A DNA stretch of 63,609 bases, the filler included, from Hyphochytrium catenoides (Eukaryota; Protista; Hyphochytriomycota): NCBI GenBank assembly GCA_900088475.1. It is 13 parts of 13 records of this genome, joined end to end, with 100 filler letters (N's around TTAATTAATTAA, not from the genome) between each part and the next. Parts side by side here need not be neighbours in the genome. Positions count along the whole stretch, not along the records: positions 1 to 17,125 come from FLMG01003677.1; 12 more parts are not named here. One strand, 5' to 3'. Shown piece after piece: positions 1 to 12,060 of the stretch (position 1 is the first letter of the stretch; each line of letters opens with the position of its first letter). Below the pieces are notes generated by a model that did not search any database, had not been told where the DNA came from, and saw nothing but the letters and a program-made list of their open reading frames with translations. The position numbers and the translations under genes were made by a program.

Positions 1-158
1 TCTCTCGCTCTCTCTCTCTCTCTCATGGCAAGAACCCTGGCTCGCTCTGTCTCTCTCCTTCCGCATTGACAGCAGTGTCTCTTGCCTGTCTTCTCTACAG
101 TAGATGAGCGAAAGGCTGACTCTTTTTTCCCACTTTCTCCTGTCTTTTTACCCTCTAG

Positions 159-3100
159 ATCGTCTGCCTGCCACCCTCTTTCCCATGTAAGTGACTGCCT
201 CTCTCTCTCTCTCCCCTCTTAATGTAGATTCGTTCTCTTTTCCCGTTCTCCTCTCTCTCTCTCTACATATAGCTTTCTCGCCTTAATCTCTTCTGCGTTT
301 TCCTCTCTTTCTACTACCTCTTTTTTTCTCTCTCTCTTTATCTCTCTCTCTTTATCTCTCTATGTCTGTCTTTCTCTCTCTCTCTGTCTCTCTCTGCCCT
401 GCTCTCCTTCTCTCTTCTCTCTTTCTTTCTCCTTATCCCTCTGGCTGTAAACGAACATCCGATATGTTTTCATCTCGATCTCTTTCTTTCCTTCTGCTGT
501 CGATTCTCTCTCTTATTGTCTCTCTTTCTCCCTTTCTCTCTCCTTGGCCTGGCCGATAAATAAATCTTTCTTCTCTTGTCACGTCGCTATTTCGGTCCTT
601 AATACTCGACGAACCTAGTCGGTGGAATGGAGAATGTAAGTTCCTCCTCTTCGGGGTAGAGATGGGAGAAAGGAGAAAAGAAGGGAAGAGTGGAGGTGGG
701 ATGGAGGCGAGAGAGAGAGAAAAAGAGAGAGGAAATGGGAGAGAGAGAGAGAGAGAGAGGGTGGAAGAAGAGCGTAATTGTCCTACTTCTAATCTCCTTT
801 TCTGTTTACGTGTCTCGTCTGTGCCTGTCCTGGTCTTCTTTCCCACTGGATTCACATCTCGAGGTGCTCCGTGACAAGGAGAGATTAACTCTCTTCCCCT
901 TCACTTTCTCTCCCTTTCTTGCTCTTTCTTTCTTTCTTTCTTTCTCTTCTTCCTCAGCCTTGCCTGACTTTCGTGACCCCGACACTGATCGCTGGTGATC
1001 GGTCTTTGGCGGACGTGGTGGCTCATGAGATTGCCCATAGTTGGACTGGAAACCTCATCACCAACCAGACTTGGGACCATTTCTGGTGCTATACACCTCT
1101 CTCTCTNNNNNNNNNNNNNNNNNNNNNNNNNNNNNNNNNNNNNNNNNNNTCTCTCTTTCCCTCATTTCTTTCCTTTCTCAATCTCTGGTTCCCCACAGAC
1201 TTCGTTCTGCCTGATTGCTTCCTAGCTTTCTCCTCCTTCAGAGTCTCGCTCCTCCCTGCGTTGGTCCCCTTCTGTCTAACTTATTGTTTGGTGGCTTTGG
1301 CCTCTCTCTCTTTCTCTGTTTCGTGTCATAATTTCTTTTTCCTCATGTCAATCTAAGGCTCAATGAGGGTTGGACCATGTGGCTGCAGAGGAAGATTATG
1401 GGTAAGAGGAGAGATAGCCTTTCTGTTGGCTAAGAGTGCCATTCTTTGCCTCTCTGACAGGCTGTGTGGCCACTATCATCCTTTCTCTCTCCATTTCTCC
1501 TCATGTCTTCGGGGTCTCTCTCTCTCTCTTGTACTTGCTCTCTTATACACTCTCTCTCCCATAACCTCGCTTACCGTCTCTCTTTTTATACTCTCTCGCT
1601 CTCTGCCTGTCTCTGGGCTTGTCTCCCTCTCTTTCTCTCTCTCTCTCTCTCACACACACACAGCCCGCATTCATGGGGAGAAGTTCTTTGACTTCGACGC
1701 GATTATTGGCTGGAAGTCTCTGATGGATGCTGTGGAGCACTGGGGCCCGGCGCATCAGTACACGGCGCTGATCCCGAGACTTAACGGAGATGACCCAGAT
1801 AATGCCTTTGGGTCCGTGCCTTACGAGAAAGGTAAGAGAGAACAAGAGAGAGAGAGGGAGAGAGAGAGAGAGAGAACCCATTCACGTGAAAAGTTCTATG
1901 CAAAATTGAGGCTTCACGCTTCTGTTCGAAGGAGGTGGTGCAGACCTCAGGGAGTGGGAAAGGAGGATGGCGCGGGAAGTACGCAGGAGAGAGAGAAACA
2001 GAGAGAGAGACAGAGAGCAAGAGAGAGAGAGAGAAAGAGAGCAACTGAACCGGTACGCAATTGCCAGAGAGATAAAGAGAAGGATCCTGCCTAGAAAGTT
2101 GTCCTAACATTCCCTGCTGTCTTTAGGGTTCAACTTCCTCTATTATCTGTCCAATGTCGGTGGCGGAGATGAGGCTTTTGAAGGCTTCTTCAAGGCTTAC
2201 ATCCAAGAGTTCAAGTTCAAGACTTTAACCTCGGAGGTAATAACACTGTTTCTCTCTCCTCTCTCTCTCTCTCTCGCTCTCTCTCTCTTCTTTTTCTCTC
2301 TTTCTCTTTCGTTCTGCTTTCACTTTTGTTTCTGTTGGATCTTTCTGTTCTTTATTGTCGCGAGCCCTCTCTCTCTCTCGCTGTCTCCTTGTTCCTTTTT
2401 CATCTCAACTGAGCTACTGCCCCAATCTCTTCTCTCTCTCTCTTCTCTCTCTACTGCCTTCGATGTTTCCTCTCTCTCTTTCCTTCTCTCTTTCATACCT
2501 ACAGGACTTCAAGAACTTCTATATCAAGTATTTCAGCTCCCGCGGCGTCTCGCATCCAATTGACTGGGATGCTTGGTTCCTGAAGCCAGGGATGCCGCCT
2601 GTGACGCCACAGTTTGATACTTCTCTCTCCTCCGCAGCCTTTGAACTTAGCGATAGATGGTACTGCACCTGAAAAGCGCTTTCCTTCTCATTCTCTCTCC
2701 GTGCCTCTTTCTTTCTGCTTCCCTTGATTACGGCTTAATCCTGGTTCTCTCACTCTGTGATACTGTCTCTCTTCTCTTCCAACATGGCCTTTCTCCCTTG
2801 TCTTGTCTCTCTTTGTGTCGATGCAAATCCCACTCTGTCATTTTCTGTCCTGAGATGTATGGAGGTGACTGTTTCCTCTTCCTTTCTCTCCCCGGTCATT
2901 CCCTCCGCTCACTCTTTCCTCTCTCTCTCTCTCTCATTCTCTCCCTCTCTCTCGCTCTCTCCCTCTATCTTTCTCTCTTCTAATCTGTCTGCTCTTTTCG
3001 CTTGATCGGCCACGCAGGCTGGATGGCGGTGAGGACTGCGCCTCAGAGGACATTGAAGGCTGGTCTACGGCTCAGAAGGTCATTATGCTTGAGAGAATCA

Positions 3101-3555
3101 TCACAGGCGCAGCGGAGAGAAAGCAGCCCTTGAGTGTAGACTTGATCATGAAGATGGACATGGTCAGAGTCTCTCTCTCTCTCCCACTCCTTCCAGTCTC
3201 CCTCTCTGTCCCATTGCGTCAACCTCTTGTGGATTTTTTTCCTTCCTCACTCACCCTCGTCTGACTTGGGCTGGGCATTTATTCTCTCTCTCCCTTCATT
3301 ATACGCTTCTCCCTCCTTCTCAAGGTCTTTTCCTCTTTCCTCTCGCGCTGTCTCTCTCTCTCTCTCCATCTGGACCTTACTCCTCTTATTACCTATGATC
3401 TCAACAGCTGTATGGCCTGAGTGCCGTCAAGAACTCCGAAGTCCGCTTCCGATGGCAGCAGCTCTGCCTGAAGTCACAGGCGGAGTTCATTGTTCCTCAT
3501 GTTATTGCTTTCCTCAAGGAGCAAGGCCGAATGAAGGTTGGACGTTACCCATAGA

Positions 3556-3590
<35 letters not shown>

Positions 3591-4583
3591 TCTCCTCGCT
3601 GTCTATCACTCTGGTGCTTTCGCTTCTGTCCATTCATCTCTCTGTTGACCCTTTGGCCTTCTCCTAAGAGAGAGACCATCCTCTGCTCCTTCTCTCAGTC
3701 TCTCGGCCCTGTGTCGTCTTTCAAAGTTGCGCTTCCTCACCGCTAACATTAGAGTGCTTTCTTCTTCTTAACGATCCTTTCTCTCTCTACTCCCGCGTTC
3801 TTCTGTCTTCTCTCTCCAGTTTGTACGCCCTCTCTTCCGCCAGTTGTACTCGTGGGATAAGACTCGCACACGCGCGGTCTCTCTCTTTGAGGAGATCAAA
3901 GACAATTATCATCCAATCTGCAGGTATAGCCATCATGGGTCTCTCCCATCTCACTTTTCTTTCTCTCTCTCTTTCTTTTCCTCGTCACAACTTCTGTCTG
4001 TCTGTCTCTCTCTTTGTCTTGTCGTGACGCCTCTTAGTGCAGAGTTTGATGTGGCCCTTGCGCTTGACATGTCTCGCTGTTCCCCTCCTCTTTTTCTTTC
4101 TTTCTTTCTTCCTTTCCTATCCTTCAGAAGTTCTCCTGTTCGATCCTCTTCCTACAATGCACTCCTAGGAGCTGAGAGGAAAGACATTTCCCTCTTGCTC
4201 GTCTCTTTCTCTTTCTCTATATGCGTCCTTTCTCTTCCTCTCTTCATCCCTGACTCTTCTCGTTTCAATTGCCAGGAAAATGCTTGCCAAGGACTTGGAG
4301 CTGGACCAGCCCACAGGCCTCGGCGGAGCTCTTCCTTCTCCGTCTTCTGCAGGTGAGCAAAGCGTGAGAAGAGAGGAAAGAAGAAGAGTGGAAAGATATT
4401 CCTTTGAAACTCAAACATTGCTGCTGTTTAGGAACTACGTCAGGAGAGAGAAAGCGCGCTCTGTCTCTCCTTTCGTCCCTGGATCTTAGCCGCAGAGAAA
4501 GCCGTCTAATGGCAGGAGGACTGATCGTCTTGGGTGGACTAACGATCACGGCTGTGGCGCTGCTGAGAAAGAAGAGAGACTAG
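159..4583 (+). CDS. LTA4H: Leukotriene A4 hydrolase-like M1 zinc aminopeptidase, multi-exon, 5' end outside window, with predicted C-terminal membrane anchor
   Basis: Hand-spliced GT-AG exons (~159-186, 619-635, 958-1085, 1358-1401, 1664-1831, 2127-2236, 2505-2659, 3018-3162, 3408-3536, 3820-3923, 4276-4352, 4432-4583) are phase-consistent. They read [48 protein letters not shown]...W-LNEGWT (GXMEN and HEXXH-x18-E), then [27 protein letters not shown] and YHPIC, all LTA4H hallmarks. Confidence 0.93.
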
Positions 4584-5077
4584 ATGTGGATGAGAGAAAG
4601 AGCGACACTGAGAGGAAAAACAGACGGGGTAGGAAGTCAGAGAGAGAGAGAGAAAAGAGGGCAGGGACTTGGTAGAGACACAGGAAGACCTTAGAAGTAG
4701 AGAAGAAGGCCAGCGTAACCTTGAATGAGTTGGCTAACGAGCTAAAGGATAAATACAGAGAAGGAGGAGAGAGAGAGAAAGAGAGAAATAAGAGCAAGAA
4801 CAGCTCTGCAACCCTAGTTCTCTTCTCTTCACACCGTGATAGCTAGCGCTACTATGTACTGAGAAAAGAGCGCGACGAGGCACTTAAAAAGTTTTCTCCT
4901 CAGACGCAGGAGCCAATAAATATTATCAATGGCAGAAAAACTCTTGCGGTTTCTACTCGACGTATCCACTCTTCCGCTTTCTCTCTCGCGGTTCCTCTCT
5001 CTCCCTCTCTCTCTCTGTCCCTCGCTCTTTCTCATACACATTTTCTCATCTCTCCCTCAACCTCCTGGTTGCTGCGA

Positions 5078-5311
5078 TCACCAGAGGCTCTCACTCTTCA
5101 AAGCTCGATACTTGCTCGCCATCGAAGATTGGAAAGAGCTCAGGATCGTGCGGGCATAATCGCTCTGGTTCAGCCCTGCTTCCTACATCCACATGAGCGT
5201 GAGATAAAGTCGTGTCGTAGCAAGAGGTCAGAAGATTCAAGAGAAGACACTAGATACGCACAATCAGGGGCGTAGAGAGAGAGAATGGCAATGTCAAGCA
5301 GGCGGACTGTT

Positions 5312-5343
<32 letters not shown>

Positions 5344-6548
5344 GGGAAGCTGGTCAGAAAGGATGACTGGGAGCCAGAGAGAAAATAGGAGAGAATAAGA
5401 AGCTGGTTAGTAAGGCTGAGAGAGAGACACAGAATGAGAAAAAGCGAGATGTCAGAAAGGCTGACCGGAGAGAGAGAGAGAGAAAAAGGAAGAGAAATAG
5501 AAGCTGGTCAGCAAGGCTGACTGCCATACTCTGAGGGCGTGCTGCAGCTTGAATCTTGCGTCTTTGAATAGCTTATCACTCTCATAGCCATGGCTTGGGA
5601 AGAGACCAGACTCCTACGGGAAGACAAAGGGAGAAGATAAGGCCGCCGAGTAGAGAGAGACAGTAGAGGAGAGAGAGTCAAAGATCCACAGACTTCGGCC
5701 CACGAAAGATCTGTCTGTTCTAGATCTGTCAATGCCTATGTTCTTCTACCTTCTCTCTCTCTCTTTCGTCGCTTCTGCTTCCTTTCTCTCCCATAGTGTC
5801 TCTTTCCCTCTACTTTTCACTCTTTCCTCATCTCTTCTCCCGCTTTCACGCCCTATTTTCCTTCGTCTGGCCTTACATTGATAGGCTTGGCACTTCCTAT
5901 AAGGGCGGCAGTGGCGGCAAAGGCCTCAGTGGGTGCGCGTGTGCGTGCGGGATCCGCCTGAAGAATTCGAGGTCAATGCCCACATCTCACTTCTCTTTCT
6001 CACGCCTCTCTCCCCCTCTCTCTCTCTCTCTCTTTTTTTTTCTCTCTCTCTCGCTGTCTCTTTTTCTCTTTCTGTCCCCTCCTTCTCGCTCTTGCACTCG
6101 AGGCCATTGTATTAGTGTCCTGGTCTTCCTATGGACTTCCTCCAAGTCCTTGCCCTCGCTAAACGTCTTTATCTGCCGGTGCTTCTCTCTCTCTTTCTCT
6201 TGTTTGTTCATTCTCTTCTCTTCCAGCCTCTAAGTTCCTCTCTCCCCCTTTCTCTCTCTCTCTCTCTCGCGGTCACTCTCTTCTCTCCCCAACTCCACTC
6301 GCATCTTTTGCAGTCACGGGTCACGCGATGTGTCTCCGGTCCCTCCTTCTCTCTCACTCTATTTACCTCAATGTTTGCCAGGGTATCTGCATAAGGAACT
6401 TGTTCGGCGATTCGCTGCAGACGCTGGAGGCGTTCTTTCTCTATCATTTCCTGGAAACGATGGGCAGAGACAGGGAGAGAAAGACAGCGATGATGAAAGA
6501 GATCGAAGAGAGAGAGGAGAAAGAGAGACGGAGAGATAGAGAGATAAT

Positions 6549-6588
<40 letters not shown>

Positions 6589-7760
6589 AGATCAGGATAG
6601 CTCTGGAAGTGTGGTCTTACTCTCTCTCGCTCTTGCTGCCTGGCTGCGTCTTCCTTCTCTTTTCTTAGCTTCTCTCTAAATTCGATGCGCTGAGCATCAA
6701 TAACCGCTTGCTCCTCTCTCTCTCTTCGCTGTCTCTCTTCCTCGGCTTTGCGAACAGCCTCCTCGGCTGCTTGTTGGTCGGCTACATGTTTTCTAAAGGG
6801 AAGGATGGGAGAGAGAAAGAAAAACAAGCAGGAGTAGACCAAGAAAGGAGAGAAAGAGAGTCAGCGAGAGACGAGATGGAGAGTGATCCTTACGCAGAGG
6901 GATGAGAAAGAGGCAGGAGAGATAGCTAGACACAGAGAGAAGAGCGACCGGACGGAGAAGGAAAGGAAGGGACAGAGCGCAGGTGCGGCGTGCGTCACAG
7001 AGCAGAGAGGGAGTAAGCGTAGAGAAACATACTGAGAGAGAGAGAGAAAGCGCTGTGGGAGAGAGAAGAGAGTAAGTGTTTTCAAAAAAAAGTGGACAAA
7101 GAGAGAACGAGACAAAGAGAGAGAGAGAGAAAAACAGAGAGAGAAAGAGAGTAAGGCCACCACACACGAAAAACGGGGCATCTGACCGATATTCTGCAAT
7201 CTGCAGTTTCTTCGCCTCTCTTTCAAAACGCTCTCTCTCTTCCCTCCGTTCTGCTTCTTCTCTCTCGTGCTCCTCCCGAGCTATGGCTTGCTCTCTCTCC
7301 AACTGCAATACTTTCAACTGGAACAGGGAGAGGAAGAGTCATTTGCAAGCAGACTTTCTTCACTTCTCTTTCCTTTTTGAAGCTCTCCTTTTTGTCTTTT
7401 ACCTTCTCTTCTCGCATCTTCTCAAGCTTTTCCTTGAGCTCTTTCTGTGCAGCGTTCCATCGTTCATTCTCCGCTGCCTCTGAAGCCTCGGCAACCCGTT
7501 GAGCCTCGGCAGTGATAAAGCGCTAATAGATCGCAAGTAATAAGAACAAGAGAGAAGGTAAGGCCAACGTTTCCGATTGCATGAAAGGGAGGCAGAGAGA
7601 GGAAGACAGATAGCGAGGAAGAGAGAAAAGAGAGAGAGAGAGAGAGAGTGAAGGCAACGTCAGGCTTTTGAGCGTATGCGAAAGACAATGGCCTTGCCGG
7701 CAAGCACTAGGAAGTACTATTGGACACTGGACACGGAGAGAGCGAGAACACAGAAAGAGT

Positions 7761-7791
<31 letters not shown>

Positions 7792-7918
7792 TCATACAAC
7801 GGGAAAAGTGTTACCAGTATATTGTCAGACAATACATCAACTAAGAGAGAGAAGAAGGGAGATGTAAAGACAGAGTCCGCATCCTAAGGATCTACCTGTT
7901 TGATACGCTCTAACTNNN

Positions 7919-7967
<49 letters not shown>

Positions 7968-8315
7968 CGGAGTTTGTTCAAATAGAAAAGCAGCTGGGAT
8001 GGCATCAAGATGTCAATGGAAGCGCAGGATTGAGCAGAGGCGAGAATCAGAAGGAGGAGACAACTGGAGACCATTGAAAGAGAATTCTCTAAAAGAGGGA
8101 GAGAGGGCAACAGCTGACGAGGGAGAGAGACTTAACCTCCCACCTCTTATGGGGCAGGACAAAGGATAAGCGTTCCATATACACGTCAATTCCTCTTCCT
8201 CGCTGTGCCAGCTCTTTATGCACCTACCGAAAGGTAGAGATTATCCAGAGAGACGATAGGGAGTGCCACAACTATCAGGTGCAAGGATGAAATGAAGAAG
8301 AAAGAGAGAGAGAGA

Positions 8316-8348
<33 letters not shown>

Positions 8349-8379
8349 GGAGAGAGAGAGGGAGAGAGAGANNNNNNNN

Positions 8380-8428
<49 letters not shown>

Positions 8429-8760
8429 AGGGAGACTGGTTTGATAGGCACGATAGCGTGGCCGCTTGCTGTTCGCTTGCTGAGGAGAAGGAGAGCGACC
8501 TCACCTTTGCAAAGGAGAAGTGATCCTCCTCACTCCATCCTCCCGTCTTACTCTCAGCAGCAGCGACGCTCCCTAACACAGGCAGAAACGTATAGTAAGA
8601 CGAGCTGTGTCCGAGCCCGGAGAGAGAAGAAATAGAGAGAGTTTCTATTCGCTAAATTAGTGAGAGGGAGCGCAGTGCGTGAGCAAAGCCTTAGACCTTG
8701 CTCTCTTTATACAACGAGAGGATGATCTCTACACACAGGAAAGTGTATCGTGTGTGTGCT

Positions 8761-8794
<34 letters not shown>

Positions 8795-9601
8795 TCTACC
8801 CGCGGCGTTCTCTGCTGCTGCAGCCGCCAAAAAGTCTCTCTTCAGCTCTTCCAAACTCTGATGGTACCGCGCCTGCATGTCTCTCAGCGTAGCGATGCTC
8901 TCAAGTCGAACCAGCTCATCCGCAGCCGAGGAAGTAGGACAGAGAGAGTCTACCAACCGATCAATGTCCTCAATGTCTACGAGAAACAAGGAGAGAGAGA
9001 GAGAGAGCCAGAAGATGAGCCAAAGAGAATAGGGAAGTGAACAGAGGAAGAGAGGGCCCCCTGACCACCTACAGGGATCCGAGAGAGAGATAGGATAACT
9101 AGAACAGTCAATAGAACAATGGGGACAGGCAAAGACAGAGAGAGAAATGCCACTCAATTGCCCTCTCCTGGAGAAAGAGAAGCGTCCGGGGCGACAAGCG
9201 GATCGGTGAGCTCTTTTCCAGACTCACCTGATCCTTGCGGCTTCTCCTGAGTCTCTCTCAAAGCCGCCCAGAGCTGCCTCTTTGCCTCTTCTACAACTTT
9301 TATACTATTCAGAGCCTCCTCGTGAAGCTCCACGGAGAGAATATCGTTGGTCGTCTGGGCCTCTTGAAAGAGATCTTGAAGATCTCTCTGAAGGACGGAC
9401 ATATATTTAGCTCTTCACTTGCAGGGTGCGAGATACTAGGAAGCAGCCCCGCAACACGGCAGCAAGACAGAGAAGAGAGAATACGGGCTATTGGAGGGGG
9501 GGAAAAAAGGAGAGAAAGAAAGAGAGAGAGAGAGGGAGAAAGAGAGAGAGAGAGGGAGAAAGAGAGAGAGAGANNNNNNNNNNNNNNNNNNNNNNNNNNN
9601 N

Positions 9602-9633
<32 letters not shown>

Positions 9634-10016
9634 GCTCGTTTCGATTATAGTAGCAGAAATTACGCCCCCAGAATGAAGTAAACCGATAGGAAAGAGAGCT
9701 GACCTGCACAGCTTCGAGCCATTCTTCTCCGCCTTCACCGCTTAGTCCTTCATTCTCTTCCTCTTCCGCTTGGTTCCCCTTATCCTTGTTCCTGCCATGA
9801 AGAAAACTCTCTCTCTTGCTGCGGATGCCTTGAAGAAGCTCGTCCAGTGTCTCTCTCTGTCCAGCAGTGCGTGTCTTTAGTCATATAGAGGTGCTAGATC
9901 CAATATTAACGGATGTTACCTGCGTCTTCATGAAGCTCCCGAACTGCGCGCGCTGGCCTGCCATTCTCCTTTCCTCCTCAATGAGCTCTGAGAGCTCAGC
10001 TGCAAACTAGACAGAG

Positions 10017-10054
<38 letters not shown>

Positions 10055-10218
10055 AGAAAGAAGCTTGGTGAAAGAGAAAACGAGACGATCCAGCGTCTAA
10101 GTAGCGGTACTAATAAGCGCACTCTAGTTGTCCACACTATCTTATTGAGTTTAGGGCCTCATGCTCATCTCCTTTTCTCTTCTCTTCCCTCTCTTCCTCT
10201 CTCCCTCTTCGTTCTGTC

Positions 10219-10271
<53 letters not shown>

Positions 10272-10553
10272 TTTTCTCTCTTCCTGCTTCCCTTTCTCCT
10301 CTCCCTTTCCCAACACTCTCTTCTTTTTTCTTTTGTCTCTTTGACCTTTCTGGCACTTATACCTCTGTCCTACTTCCCGTAGTCATGTCTGTCTTCTCTC
10401 GTCCTAGCTTTTTCCTTACCTGATGCTGTACACTTTTCCACTTCTCGGCATCGTCTGTCTTCTCTCTCTTTCCTTCTTCGCCTTCTTCGGGGTCCGGAAG
10501 TGGAATCAGGTCAAGACCTGTCAGCGACGCTTCTGCCCCTTTCTCTTCTGCAT

Positions 10554-10632
<79 letters not shown>

Positions 10633-12060
10633 AAGAGACGATAGTCATTTTAAGACACACAGTCAGGAAGTACACGGTTCTGAGGAAGTCGAGAGCTAAA
10701 GATTGAGAGAGGACAGGGAAGCAACGGTGAGAGAGTTACTGGGTCTCAGAAGGCCATCCTCCACAAAAAGCGAGAGAGAGAGAGACAGCACAAAGAGAGA
10801 AACAGCCGAGAGAGAGACGCCATAAGAAGATGTGCAACCCTATCTTCCCTCACTTACCTGGCACTGACGGCTGCTGATTCTCATTGAGAAGGCGGAGGAG
10901 AGTGGATTCAACATCACGACTGAGGGCCTGCATTTGCCCCACGGACAGTCCAGGAGAGAAAGAATTAGAAATGCGCTTGACTTCGGTGGGAGGGTGAGAG
11001 AAGAGAAAGGCTATACTCAAGGTAAGAGAGAGAAAGAGAAGAGAGGAGAGAGCTAAGATGGAGAGTGTGAAAGATAGAGAATAGAGGAAAAGGGAAAGAG
11101 TAAGAGTGCGCACTCAAGAAAAATGGAGGTAGAGGAGAGTATGAGAATAGAAGAGCTTGTAGGTGAGAGAGAAAGGAGGAAAAATAGAGAAGCTACAGGT
11201 ACGGAAGGAGAAGCTTTTGCGGCAAAGAAACCTTCTAACCTCTGATTGCTTGCGCAGCTGGACTGCTTCTTGCAACCAATCAGCCTGAAGAAGCGTATGA
11301 GAGAGACATAAGTAGATAACGAGGTAAAAGAAAGCGCAGTGGAAGATGGAGGGGCCAGAGGAGAGAGAGAGAAAGAAAGAGAGAGAAGGAGAGACATACA
11401 GACAGACAGACAGACAGACAAAGAGAGAGAAGTAACAGAGAGAGAGAAAGTAGCAGAGAGAGAGAAAGTAGCAGAGAGAGAGAGAGAAGGAGAGAGGCAG
11501 GCGGAGAGACTGAGAGAGAAAGAAGGAGGCCGATGCGGACCGCCAGAGATGGAGATCAAAGAAGGAGAGCACGAGAGCGTAGCAGAAAACGTGGTGAAGA
11601 AGGAAACGCAGTGCCTAAGACGTTACGTGAGACCTTATGCCTGCTGTCCTTCACAGCCTTCTTGTGCCTCTTAGAGAACTCAGTGAGATGATTGATCTTG
11701 GCGAGAATGTCAGCACCTCCCGCCGCCGTCTGCCGCGCCAATCGCGCCTGCTTTGAGAGAGAAATGCCTGACCATGGCCGTACATTTATTGGAAGGAAAA
11801 GAGATAATCACGGTCAGGTTTCAGCATGATAGACTGAGCCTCGTACGTGGTAGCAAAGTAGAAGCAAAGGGAACGAAGGGTGTGTTGGATGGCGTAGCAG
11901 TCAGTCAGCTGCACTGCGTCTACGTGCAGTCTTCGTCCTTACCAGTCTTAGACCGGAATGCCTTGCGCAAAGGATCTTTACTAGCTAAGGCAGAGCCTAC
12001 ATCTGCACCTTGCTCTCCTCTGATGGACCGGATGGTCCCAAGTGGCGTCCTAGAGCTCAT
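5078..12060 (-). CDS. CCDC148: CCDC148-like coiled-coil protein, many exons; start codon tentative
   Basis: Minus-strand exons join into ...SRHK-ADWLQEAVQLRKQSE..., TGGWSEEDHFSFAK, long E/R/K coiled coils, then ERLQRLQRIAEQVPYADTLANIE-ADPARTRAPTEAF...-ESGLFPSHGYESDKLFKDARFKLQHALR-EAGLNQSDYARTIL...ESLW* (TGA at 5078-5080). The C-terminal DP.R / D.RF....ALREAGL....YA..IL pattern matches CCDC148 as I recall it. The first exon MSSRTPLG...(12060) is inferred from phase. Confidence 0.68.
5290..5525. repeat. Intronic imperfect minisatellite, ~5 copies of GTCAG(C/A)AAGGCTGAC spaced ~50-60 bp
   Basis: Copies near 5293, 5353, 5406, 5451 and 5507, separated by GA-rich spacers. Confidence 0.6.

Larger units (their letters stand above)
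1..11560. repeat. Dense (CT)n/(GA)n microsatellite tracts filling introns (also 21930-22400, 25950-28500, 35900-37100, 41150-41680, 58080-60000)
   Basis: Directly visible. Tracts are mostly CT on the sense strand of the host gene: CT on + in LTA4H, GA on + in the minus-strand CCDC148-like gene. Confidence 0.95.

Noticed and set aside
362-11674. Dozens of ORFs rich in SLSLSL or RERERE
   Set aside because: They are translations of intronic (CT)n/(GA)n tracts, which lack stop codons; only the embedded exon pieces are real.
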